Below, one piece after another: positions 1-7,257 of a stretch of DNA of 22,909 bases. The DNA is taken from positions 1 to 22,909 of the forward strand of contig DAIENX010000095.1 in assembly GCA_027340875.1 (NCBI GenBank). Reading direction: 5' to 3'. Below the pieces are notes generated by a model. The model saw only the letters and a program-made list of their open reading frames with translations, was not told the origin of the DNA and did no database searches. The stretch's first letter is position 1. Each line of letters begins with the position of its first letter. This DNA comes from Elusimicrobiota bacterium. GTDB taxonomy: Bacteria; Elusimicrobiota; Elusimicrobia; Elusimicrobiales; UBA9959. A program made the position numbers and the translations under genes.

Positions 1-765
1 TTCCTGCTGCTGCTGCGGGCCATGTGCCCTTTCTGCCAGGCGGCTTCGGTGAAGCCTTTCATCGACGAGACCCTGGCCAGGACCGGGGAGACCCTGACCT
101 CGCCGCTGCGCCTGGACGGGAACTCCGCGCTGTGGGCGGGAGGGCTCGCCGCCGGCGGCCTGCTGGTATATTCTGCCGACGGGCAGATACGGCATACCTT
201 TTCCAAAAATCATTCCGGTCTCAATGACAGCCTGGCTTCCGTCTTCGAGAAGTTCGGCAACGGCGGCTACGAGATGGGCCTGCTGGGTGTCTATTCCGGC
301 CTCTGCTACGTCTTCCACGGCAGGGAGGGCCTGCGCACCTCCGTGCTGGCGCTTGAGTCTTTCGCCGCGGCCAACGCCGCCGGCACGCTGGTGAAGTACA
401 CGGCGGGACGCGCCAGGCCTTACTCGGACCAGGGCAAGGGCATATTCAGGCCGTACAAGATGAAGACCGCCTATACCTCGTTCCCTTCCGGGCATACCAC
501 CAGCGCTTTCGCGATAGCCTCGGTCTTCGCCCGCCGCTGCGAATCCCCGTGGATAGGGGTGTCCGTCTACGCGCTGGCCACGGGCACGGCCCTGCAGCGC
601 GTCTACGGCGACAAGCACTGGGCTTCCGACGTGTTCGCCGGGGCCGCCCTCGGCACCGCCGTAGGCCGCTGGGTGGCCGCGCCGCGCAACGGTGCGCCCT
701 CGGCCATGCTGCTGCCGGTCTACGAGCGCGGCTACGCCGGAGCGGCCGCCGTTATCCCGTTCTGA
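1..765 (+). CDS. PAP2-family (type 2 phosphatidic acid phosphatase-like) membrane protein; true start may lie upstream of the window
   Basis: Motifs KYTAGRARP (C1), SFPSGHT (C2) and RVYGDKHWASDV (C3). Frame is open from base 1 (FLLLLRA before the ATG at 22). Confidence 0.88.
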   Translation, partial: FLLLLRAMCPFCQAASVKPFIDETLARTGETLTSPLRLDGNSALWAGGLAAGGLLVYSADGQIRHTFSKNHSGLNDSLASVFEKFGNGGYEMGLLGVYSGLCYVFHGREGLRTSVLALESFAAANAAGTLVKYTAGRARPYSDQGKGIFRPYKMKTAYTSFPSGHTTSAFAIASVFARRCESPWIGVSVYALATGTALQRVYGDKHWASDVFAGAALGTAVGRWVAAPRNGAPSAMLLPVYERGYAGAAAVIPF

Positions 766-771
766 GGCCCG

Positions 772-1482
772 ATGAGGAGACCGGCCGCCTTGCTGCTTCT
801 TCCCTTCCTGCCGGCCCTGGCCGCGGCGCAGCTGATAGTCTTCCAGCCGTCGCACCAGAGCGACACCGGCGAGAACTACAATGAGGCGCTGACCTGCAAC
901 GCCATCGTCGAGTACGCGATGGCCGCGGAGCCGCGCTACGGCGAGAAGAAGGTCTGGAGCTATTTCCAGCCGGGCCTGCACCACGCCGATACCGGCACGA
1001 ACACGCTGAAGGCCCACACCAGCGATATCGAGGACGGCAAGATCTCCGGCTACGCCTGGGAGCTGGCCCGCTCCAACGAGATAAAGCCGCTGTTCTTCAT
1101 AGGGGTGCACAACAACGGCGGCAGCGGGCGGCACGCCGTCTGGGGCTACATACACGACGGGGACAATATGGAGGCGGAGAACCGCCGCCTCTCCGATATC
1201 CTGATAGAGGAGATAGCCAGGGCTACGGACCTCGAGAACCGCGGCACGCACCTGGACAGCAGCACCGGCCGCAACGACTACCGCTGCGCCTCCACGGGCC
1301 GCCTGGCCTTCTACAGTATCGACGAGAACGTCAACAAGGCCCCGTACCGGGTGCTGCTCGAGATAGGCGATTCGGAGAAGAGCAGGGCCTTCCTGATATC
1401 CGAGGACGGGCGCAGGGCGGTGGGGGAGGCCATAAAACGCGGCCTCGCCAGGTTCTTCAAGTCGGAAGGTATCTCGGAATAG
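772..1482 (+). CDS. Secreted N-acetylmuramoyl-L-alanine amidase-like protein (Amidase_3 fold, divergent)
   Basis: Signal peptide (MRRPAALLLLPFLPALAAA). Zn-ligand/catalytic pattern IVFQPSH...E (NYNEA), FFIGVHNN, VLLEIG and C-terminal helix AVGEAIKRGL. Starts 6 bp after the PAP2 stop. Confidence 0.72.
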   Translation: MRRPAALLLLPFLPALAAAQLIVFQPSHQSDTGENYNEALTCNAIVEYAMAAEPRYGEKKVWSYFQPGLHHADTGTNTLKAHTSDIEDGKISGYAWELARSNEIKPLFFIGVHNNGGSGRHAVWGYIHDGDNMEAENRRLSDILIEEIARATDLENRGTHLDSSTGRNDYRCASTGRLAFYSIDENVNKAPYRVLLEIGDSEKSRAFLISEDGRRAVGEAIKRGLARFFKSEGISE

Positions 1483-1487
1483 ATCTA

Positions 1488-1558
1488 TCGGGGCACCCAG
1501 GATCGAACTGGGGATTCATGCTCCCAAAGCACGCGTGATACCATTTCACCATGCCCCG
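1488..1558 (-). tRNA. tRNA-Pro (anticodon TGG), CCA not encoded
   Basis: Reverse complement folds as CGGGGCA-TG-GTGA AATGGTA TCAC-G-CGTGC TT TGG GA GCATG-AATC-CCCAG TTCGATC CTGGG-TGCCCCG-A. Confidence 0.95.
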
Positions 1559-1559
1559 A

Positions 1560-1800
1560 TCGTCGCACCCCTCACGCTTCGCGTTCGGGGCGGTTAGCGC
1601 CGGGCCTTACAATGTGCGGGCCCGGTACGACGCGAGGGGAACGTGGTTCCCCTTCGCCGCTGCGCTATGCGCGTGCCGTATCAAGGGCTATGCCCTCCAG
1701 ACGGCCTCGCTATTCCGGCATCGAGCCGGAACCGCTCGCTGAACCCCTCCTGCAAGGTCAGCGCTTATAAAAATGAGGCGCGCACTTTGCGGAGGATCCT
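1560..1800. other. Non-coding array of about 7 hairpins immediately 5' of tRNA-Pro (REP-like composite or structured RNA)
   Basis: Stems include acgc-ttc-gcgt 1574-1584, ccgggcc/ggcccgg 1600-1625, aggggaac-gtg-gttcccct 1635-1653, gcgc-tat-gcgc 1662-1672, gccgt..agggc-tat-gccct..acggc 1675-1705, ttccggc/gccggaa 1713-1731 and a long imperfect stem at about 1746-1795. Confidence 0.6.
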
Positions 1801-1814
1801 ACGGATATATTCTA

Positions 1815-3131
1815 CTAAATAGAGCGTTGAGCCTTTCTGATGAAGGCCTCGGAGACCTTGTGTCGGCGGGTCTTGCGCACCAGCAGTTCGATGCCGGCCC
1901 CTGTGTAGGATTCGCTGCCGCGCGGCGAGCGGCCCAGCTGTTTCTCTAGCCATGCCGCCAGCGTGATGTTGCCCGTATCCGGCTTCAACCCCAGCTTCCG
2001 CATGATCTCGGCCATATCGGCCCCGCCGCCGGCTATCAGCCCGCCGCCCGCGGCGTACAGGTGCGGCGGCAGGCGGTCGTATTCGTCCTTTATCGGGCCG
2101 CCCACCAGCTGGCCTATCAGGTCCTCCAGGGTCAGCATTCCGAGGGTCTTGCCTTCCTCGTCGGTGACCAGCGCCATGTGGACGTTGCGGGTGATCATCT
2201 CCTCCAGCGCCCTCGGCGCGGGGGTGCCGGCGCGGATCTTCTCTATGGGCCGCGTGATGCCCGCCACATCCGGGGACCTCGCCCGCATCTTCAGCGCGTT
2301 GACTATGTCCTTGAAGTTCACGTAACCGATAACGCTGCCGGCGGACCAGTCGGTCTTCGTCACCGGGAAGCGGGTGTGCAGGTCCATGTGGGCTCGTATC
2401 AGCGCCTCCTGCAACGACATGTCGGACGGTATATAGGAGATGGCGGATACCGGTATCAGCAGTTCCTCCACCTTGCGGGTGGCCAGCTCCGCGGCGGCGT
2501 TCACTATCCGCTCTTCCATCTTGCCTATCAGGCTCTCGTCGCGGGCCTGGGCCGCGGCGTGCCGCAGCTCCGAAAGGGCGGCTTTCTCGGCGTACTGCGC
2601 GCGGTCAGGCAGCATGGTCTGCGTGGCGCGCATCATCCTCTTGACTATCAGCTCGAAGACGCTCACTACCGGGTAACAGAGCAGGTAGAGCCCCTTGAAG
2701 AAGGGGGAGAAGGTGAGCAGGATGAATTCCTTGTTCTCTATCGCGAAGATCTTCGGCATCAGCTCGCCGAATATTATGGTGACGAAGCTCAGGGGCAGGA
2801 CGAAGAGGCCCAGCGCTAGGCCTTCGGCCAGGGCCTCGTTCAGGCCGTAGCGGTTCTCCAGGATGGGGGTTATGTACTCGTTGATGCCGGCGCCGCCGGT
2901 GGCCGCCGCGGCCGCCGCGGCAAGGGTGATGCCCAGCTGGATGAGGGAGAGGCTGGCCTCCATCCGCTCCTTCATGAACTGCGCGGATCCGGAGCCGGGG
3001 ACGTTCTGCTCCTTCAGGTGGCGCATGCGCGCCTTGGAGACGGAGGCCAGCGCCATCTCGTACGCGGCGAAGCCGGCGTTGAAGACCAGCATCAGCGCTA
3101 TGACCACCAGATCCGCCGGCAAACCGTGCAT
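1815..3131 (-). CDS. CNNM/DUF21-CBS domain protein (hemolysin/CorB-CorC family Mg2+ transport-related)
   Basis: N-terminal FNAGFAAYEMALASV and IIFGELMPK DUF21 motifs, tandem CBS (HTRFPV...GYVNFKD; HMALVTDE.G.TLGMLTLEDL) and a CorC-like C-terminus. Confidence 0.92.
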   Translation of the reverse strand: MHGLPADLVVIALMLVFNAGFAAYEMALASVSKARMRHLKEQNVPGSGSAQFMKERMEASLSLIQLGITLAAAAAAATGGAGINEYITPILENRYGLNEALAEGLALGLFVLPLSFVTIIFGELMPKIFAIENKEFILLTFSPFFKGLYLLCYPVVSVFELIVKRMMRATQTMLPDRAQYAEKAALSELRHAAAQARDESLIGKMEERIVNAAAELATRKVEELLIPVSAISYIPSDMSLQEALIRAHMDLHTRFPVTKTDWSAGSVIGYVNFKDIVNALKMRARSPDVAGITRPIEKIRAGTPAPRALEEMITRNVHMALVTDEEGKTLGMLTLEDLIGQLVGGPIKDEYDRLPPHLYAAGGGLIAGGGADMAEIMRKLGLKPDTGNITLAAWLEKQLGRSPRGSESYTGAGIELLVRKTRRHKVSEAFIRKAQRSI

Positions 3132-3145
3132 TATCCCCCCGGATT

Positions 3146-3173
3146 TTGACCTTATGTCGGAAAAAGATATAAT
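3146..3173 (+). promoter_or_regulatory. Sigma70-type promoter for tRNA-Gln
   Basis: TTGACC (3146-3151) - 16 nt - TATAAT (3168-3173), ending 10 nt before the tRNA. Confidence 0.75.
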
Positions 3174-3183
3174 AACAAAATAT

Positions 3184-3257
3184 TCCGGGATGGTGTAACG
3201 GTAGCACGAGAGACTCTGAATCTCTTTGTCTAGGTTCGAATCCTAGTCCCGGAGCCA
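3184..3257 (+). tRNA. tRNA-Gln (anticodon CTG), CCA encoded
   Basis: TCCGGGA acceptor pairs with TCCCGGA-G-CCA; anticodon arm AGAGA CT CTG AA TCTCT; T arm CTAGG TTCGAAT CCTAG. Confidence 0.97.
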
Positions 3258-3541
3258 AATTTAGGCCCCCTTTCGAGGGGGCCTATTAATTTGGCTCCGG
3301 GACAGCGAGACATAATTATGTCTCGCGGTAGGATTCGAAAGCCGGACCTGCGAGGCCAGCAGGCCGCAGCAGGGAGGCGGGGTCGCGGGCGGCGACGAGC
3401 GACGGCGAGGAGCCGACCCGTGACCGAATCCAAGTTCCCAACCTCTTCCCAGGTTCGGCTCGACTACGCTATCCTGTCGTGTGTTTTCGGAGAGCAAGCG
3501 CGAAGCGCGACCATCCTAGTCCCGGAGCCAAAATTTAGGCC
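3240..3541. repeat. tRNA-Gln 3'-end-derived repeat element: direct repeat plus interrupted inverted repeat
   Basis: atcctagtcccggagccaaa(a)tttaggcc at 3240-3267 and 3513-3541. Inverted copy aatttggctccgggac (3288-3303) + taggattcgaa (3329-3339) is split by a 25-nt insert holding a perfect 22-bp palindrome. Confidence 0.85.
3263..3284 (+). terminator. Hairpin after tRNA-Gln (UUCG loop)
   Basis: aggccccct-ttcg-agggggcct, 9-bp stem followed by attaatttt-like AT-rich tail (attaattt). Confidence 0.6.
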
Positions 3542-3562
3542 GCGAAAGCGGCCTTTTTCTTT
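3537..3562 (+). terminator. Intrinsic terminator after the duplicated tRNA end
   Basis: aggccgc-gaaa-gcggcct followed by ttttcttt. Confidence 0.8.
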
Positions 3563-3565
3563 GGG

Positions 3566-3594
3566 TGTAACCTTTTGCGTCCCGGCGCATCTAA
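3566..3594 (+). promoter_or_regulatory. Putative ECF-sigma promoter for the small CxxxxC gene-trxA operon
   Basis: TGTAAC (3566-3571) - 16 nt - CATCTAA (3588-3594), resembling the ECF consensus -35 AAC / -10 CGTC-TA. Confidence 0.5.
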
Positions 3595-3627
3595 ATATTA
3601 CGGAAGACGAAGCGGCGGAGGTGCAGG

Positions 3628-3795
3628 ATGCAGGTAATGTCGGTAGCGGCGGGAGCCGTGGGCGGGGGAGTTCTGGGGTATCTCTGGCACAGGCTGGTGG
3701 GCTGCTCCACCGGGGCCTGCCCTATAGTCAGGAGCCCCTACCTGAGCGTGATCTGGGGCGTCCTGCTGGGGCTTTCGTTCACGCTGAGCCGGTAA
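3628..3795 (+). CDS. 55-aa two-helix membrane protein with GCxTGxCPI motif (DUF6132-like); absent from the ORF track
   Basis: RBS GGAGGT at 3617-3622. Translates as MQVMSVAAGAVGGGVLGYLWHRLVGCSTGACPIVRSPYLSVIWGVLLGLSFTLSR*. Stop is 10 bp before the trxA start. Confidence 0.85.
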   Translation: MQVMSVAAGAVGGGVLGYLWHRLVGCSTGACPIVRSPYLSVIWGVLLGLSFTLSR

Positions 3796-3805
3796 CGGAG
3801 GAACA

Positions 3806-4159
3806 ATGCGCAACCTTACTAGTGAAGAGTTCAAGGCCAAAGTGTTCGATTTCGAGAGGAACACCGAGTGGAAGTTCGCCGGCGACAAGCCGTGCATAGT
3901 GGATTTTTACGCCGACTGGTGCGGGCCCTGCCGGATGCTTTCTCCGGTGCTGGAGGAGCTGTCCGGGAAATACGCTGGGAAGCTGGACGTCTACAAGGTG
4001 AACACGGACCAGGAACAGGCCCTGTCGGCCGCTTTCGGCATACAGAGCATCCCCAGCATGCTGTTCGTCCCCATGAACGGCAAGCCGCAGATGGCCCAGG
4101 GGGCTCTGCCCAAGGACATGCTGGAAAAGGTCATCGGCGAAGTGTTGAGCGTGAAATAA
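3806..4159 (+). CDS. trxA: Thioredoxin
   Basis: VDFYADWCGPC active site, IQSIP cis-Pro loop, RBS GGAGG upstream. Confidence 0.95.
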   Translation: MRNLTSEEFKAKVFDFERNTEWKFAGDKPCIVDFYADWCGPCRMLSPVLEELSGKYAGKLDVYKVNTDQEQALSAAFGIQSIPSMLFVPMNGKPQMAQGALPKDMLEKVIGEVLSVK

Positions 4160-4215
4160 CGGACTGGCGGCCGCCCGTCTCCCGCGGCTGTAGCGGGAGG
4201 GCGGGCAGGCTATGA

Positions 4216-4247
4216 AGGCCCCGGCGGTTTCGCCGGGGCCTTTTTTT
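4216..4247 (+). terminator. Intrinsic terminator after trxA
   Basis: aggccccggcg-gttt-cgccggggcc followed by T7. A second GC hairpin precedes it at about 4172-4206. Confidence 0.85.
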
Positions 4248-4279
4248 GTATAGTCTGGCTATAGTACAGGGAGGGAAAT

Positions 4280-4648
4280 ATGGGGAAACGATCCGTACTT
4301 TTATTCTCGCTGGCCGTGCTCTGCGGCTGCGCCACCGCCGCCGGCTATAAGAAGGCCGTAAACTCCTGGGTGGGCGTGGACATGGACATACTGGTTAACA
4401 GCTGGGGCTATCCCACGCGCACGTTCGCCGCGCCCAACGGCAACACGGTCTACGAGTACCTGAAGAGCGACAGCTACAACACGCCCACCTATACCAGCTA
4501 TAACTACGACCCGGCCAGCAAGACCGGCAACGCCACCACTTACGGCGGCGAGACCATAACGGTGTACTGCCGCACCTTCTTCGAGACCGACAGCGCCAAG
4601 AAGATAGTGAAGGCCACATTCGAGGGTAACGGCTGCCGGTCCAAATAG
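4280..4648 (+). CDS. Hypothetical lipoprotein
   Basis: RBS GGGAGGG; signal with lipobox LCGC; SWVG...WGYP...NGNTVYEY pattern; two C-terminal Cys. Confidence 0.8.
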   Translation: MGKRSVLLFSLAVLCGCATAAGYKKAVNSWVGVDMDILVNSWGYPTRTFAAPNGNTVYEYLKSDSYNTPTYTSYNYDPASKTGNATTYGGETITVYCRTFFETDSAKKIVKATFEGNGCRSK

Positions 4649-4668
4649 CCGCGGCGGTTATACAAAAG

Positions 4669-4700
4669 AAAAGGTCCCCGACGTTCATCGGGGACCTTTT
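4669..4700. terminator. Bidirectional terminator between the lipoprotein and OPT genes
   Basis: aaaaggtccccga-cgttca-tcggggacctttt between convergent genes. Confidence 0.85.
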
Positions 4701-4721
4701 CCGTTTCCCGGGCTTATTCCG

Positions 4722-6596
4722 TTAGTGGAAGAACTGCATCACCGCGGCCAGCGCCGGCAGCAGTATGGAGCCCACCATGGCCTCGCCGGCCACCATGCCG
4801 GAGGCCAGCGGCGCCGCGAAGAGCCCGTAAGAGCCCTCCTCGCCGGGCGAGAAGCGGTTCCAGACGGCCGATATCACGCTGCCTATGGCTATGCCGATGT
4901 TGAGCGAGGCGGGCAGGATCAGCGCGAAGCCGAGCGCGGCCGGTATCGGCACCCACCAGAAGCGGCTGGTCTCGTGGCCCTGCTCGCTGGTCTTCTTGAA
5001 CGAGAGCAGCAGCTCGAAGAGCACGCCTATGAATATCGCTATGACCGAGGCCTTCAGCGCGCCGTACGGCAGGTAGGAGAGCCCCTTCTCCATCACTATG
5101 GCGAGCGTCGCTATCTTGAGGCCGGTGGGGGCGGCGAGCTGGCCGGGGTTGAGGCCTATGCCGTAGGTCTTCTCCAGCATGGTGAACATGATGGGCGTAA
5201 GCAGGGCGCCTATCGGGATCACGAACAGCTGAGCGAGTATCAGGGTCTTGAACTTGCCGCCCAGCCGCTGGGCCACCCAGAACGACGGCACCACGTTCTC
5301 CGAGGTCGCCTGCGGGTTGGCGCTGACGTAGGCCGCGGTCAGGTTGGAGCGTATCTGCGCGGGCCAGATAAGGCCGAACAGGAACTGCGTGGCGTTCGCC
5401 ATCAGCGAGACGGGGCCGGAGCCGGTGATACCGAGCACTCGCAGGCCGGCTACGATCAGGATGGGCTGTATCGCCACGGCGAGGGTCACCTCGGCCCAGT
5501 GCATGTTGAACCAGGCGCTGGTCAGCCACACGGTCAGCGCCACGCAGACGCCTATGCCGGTGGCGGTCCACCAAAGCGGTATCTCCTCGTCGGCCAGGGA
5601 CTTCTCCGCGTGCTTTTCGTACTTGACCTCGCGCTCGTTCATGAAGTGCTTGAATATCGGTATCAGCACGCTGGTGAGCGCGGCGGCGATCATCAGGGCC
5701 GTGGCGGGCCACATCATCCACTGTACCACGTACTTGAAGTGGGAGCCGGCCGTGGCGAACTCCGCCGCTTTGCCGCAGGTGGCGTTGAGGAAGTCCATCG
5801 CCTGCGCTTTCTGCGCGCCCTCCAGCCCGCCCAGCGAGTTGAGGGTGGACAGGCAGGTGGTGAACTGCTCGCCTTTCACTCCGGAAAGGGCCGCGTAGGC
5901 GGCTACCTTCTCGCCGAAGGCGCTGACTATCCAGGTGCCCAGCAGGCCGGAGAGACCTACGGAGAGCGGCACCAGCATGCCGATGCCGAAGGCGGCGAAT
6001 TCGAAGCCTATCGAGATGTTAAGGGCGGCGTTGCCCACCACGGAGGGGAGCACGCCCATGCTGTCGCGCAGGAAGGTGAGGAAGCCGGCTACGCCGGTGC
6101 TGACCATCAGCACGTCGCGGCGGTGCTTGGTGGTGACGGTGGCCTTGGGGTCGGTCAAAGTCTGCGCCACGGCGAGGGTCGCCTTGCTGGTGGGCCAGGG
6201 GAGGGACCTGTCCTTCAGTATGGAGCCCCTGGGGAATATCCCCATGAACACGCCGAGGTTGGCGGAGATCAGCAGCCAGATGAACATCTGCCAGGTGCTC
6301 AGGTTGAAGCCGATGTCGCGGCCGAAGACGTTCTGGATGTAGTAGAACGCGGCGAGGATGACCACCATGAAGGCGATGCTGGAGACCACGCCTATCATCG
6401 TCTGGATGATGTTGAGCTCTATGGCGAGCTTCTGTCCTTCCATGCTGCGGCCCAGCACGTAGGCCGCCAGGAACATGCCGCCCATCGTCAGGTCCACGCT
6501 CTGGCCCAGCTTCAGGGTTACGTAGGGCGTAGCGGCGGCGGCGATGGCGCAGAGCAGGCCTCCCAACAGCAACAGTCTCCAATTAAGGTCCTTCAT
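4722..6596 (-). CDS. OPT/YSL-family oligopeptide or metal-chelate transporter
   Basis: YVTLKLG, ELNIIQT, LPWPT..AT, APTG and ASGMVAGEA motifs with many TM helices; RBS GGAGG upstream on the minus strand. Confidence 0.88.
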   Translation of the reverse strand: MKDLNWRLLLLGGLLCAIAAAATPYVTLKLGQSVDLTMGGMFLAAYVLGRSMEGQKLAIELNIIQTMIGVVSSIAFMVVILAAFYYIQNVFGRDIGFNLSTWQMFIWLLISANLGVFMGIFPRGSILKDRSLPWPTSKATLAVAQTLTDPKATVTTKHRRDVLMVSTGVAGFLTFLRDSMGVLPSVVGNAALNISIGFEFAAFGIGMLVPLSVGLSGLLGTWIVSAFGEKVAAYAALSGVKGEQFTTCLSTLNSLGGLEGAQKAQAMDFLNATCGKAAEFATAGSHFKYVVQWMMWPATALMIAAALTSVLIPIFKHFMNEREVKYEKHAEKSLADEEIPLWWTATGIGVCVALTVWLTSAWFNMHWAEVTLAVAIQPILIVAGLRVLGITGSGPVSLMANATQFLFGLIWPAQIRSNLTAAYVSANPQATSENVVPSFWVAQRLGGKFKTLILAQLFVIPIGALLTPIMFTMLEKTYGIGLNPGQLAAPTGLKIATLAIVMEKGLSYLPYGALKASVIAIFIGVLFELLLSFKKTSEQGHETSRFWWVPIPAALGFALILPASLNIGIAIGSVISAVWNRFSPGEEGSYGLFAAPLASGMVAGEAMVGSILLPALAAVMQFFH

Positions 6597-6690
6597 CAGT
6601 GATCCTCCGGCTTCTTTGTAGAAAATCTAATTAATAATACAAAATGACCGGCCCTTTTTCTAAGCGCCGGCCTGGCAGGGTATCGGCCGG

Positions 6691-7158
6691 CTAGAAAAAG
6701 CCCGCCGCTATTCCCGCCGCTTCCTCCAGTCCGCGGCGGTCCGCCTCGTCGAAGGACCCGACCGCCGCGCTGTCTACGTCCAGTACGGCCTTGAGCTGCC
6801 CGCCCCGAAGCACGGGGACAACTATTTCCGACCTGGAGTCCGGATCGCAGGCTATGTGGCCCGGGAACTCGCGCACGTCGGCCACCACCAGGCTTTTCTT
6901 TTCCGCGGCGCAGCGGCCGCAGACGCCCCTTCCCGGCTTTATCCTTATGCAGGCGGGCTTGCCCTGGAAAGGCCCGAGGACCAGCTCCCCTTCCTTGAGC
7001 AGGTAGAAGCCGGCCCAGGAGTAATAAGGAAAAGCGCCCTTAAGCACGGCCGAGATGTTGGCCAGGTTGGCTATCAGGTCCTTCTCGCCGGCGGTCACGG
7101 CGCGTATCTCCGCGAGCGCTTTTCTGTAGGCTTCTTCCTTGGTCATCATGCGGGTCAT
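6691..7158 (-). CDS. msrC: GAF-domain protein, free methionine-(R)-sulfoxide reductase family
   Basis: WAGFYL...LVLGPFQGKPACIRI..GRGVCG...HIACD..SRSEIVVP...LDVDS, with all three family Cys present. The start could be one of the later Mets. Confidence 0.88.
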   Translation of the reverse strand: MTRMMTKEEAYRKALAEIRAVTAGEKDLIANLANISAVLKGAFPYYSWAGFYLLKEGELVLGPFQGKPACIRIKPGRGVCGRCAAEKKSLVVADVREFPGHIACDPDSRSEIVVPVLRGGQLKAVLDVDSAAVGSFDEADRRGLEEAAGIAAGFF

Positions 7159-7257
7159 GGCCTGAATATGCTCGGAAATTCAGCGAGGCAAGTCAACCGG
7201 CGTCCATATTGTCTATAATAGGCCTAATGCCGGACGCGCGGAAAGACAGGGGGGGAC

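Noticed and set aside
1551..1742. 63-aa ORF in the hairpin array
   Set aside because: It starts inside the tRNA-Pro gene on the opposite strand, has no RBS, and the sequence is dominated by palindromes.
3240..3541. Prophage/genomic island att pair or CRISPR array
   Set aside because: Only 273 bp lie between the repeat starts, with no integrase or cas genes; two direct copies derived from tRNA are not an array.
3230..3899. ORFs 3230-3433, 3261-3497, 3291-3899 and 3598-3897
   Set aside because: They cross the tRNA, repeat, terminator and the better-supported 55-aa gene, and have no recognisable motifs.
4725..6602. 625-aa + strand ORF antisense to the OPT gene
   Set aside because: Codon-aligned shadow of a high-GC gene; His/Gly/Arg-rich with no family motifs.
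7165..7196. Sigma70 promoter for msrC (TTGACT...CATATT)
   Set aside because: The spacer is 20 nt, too long to call.
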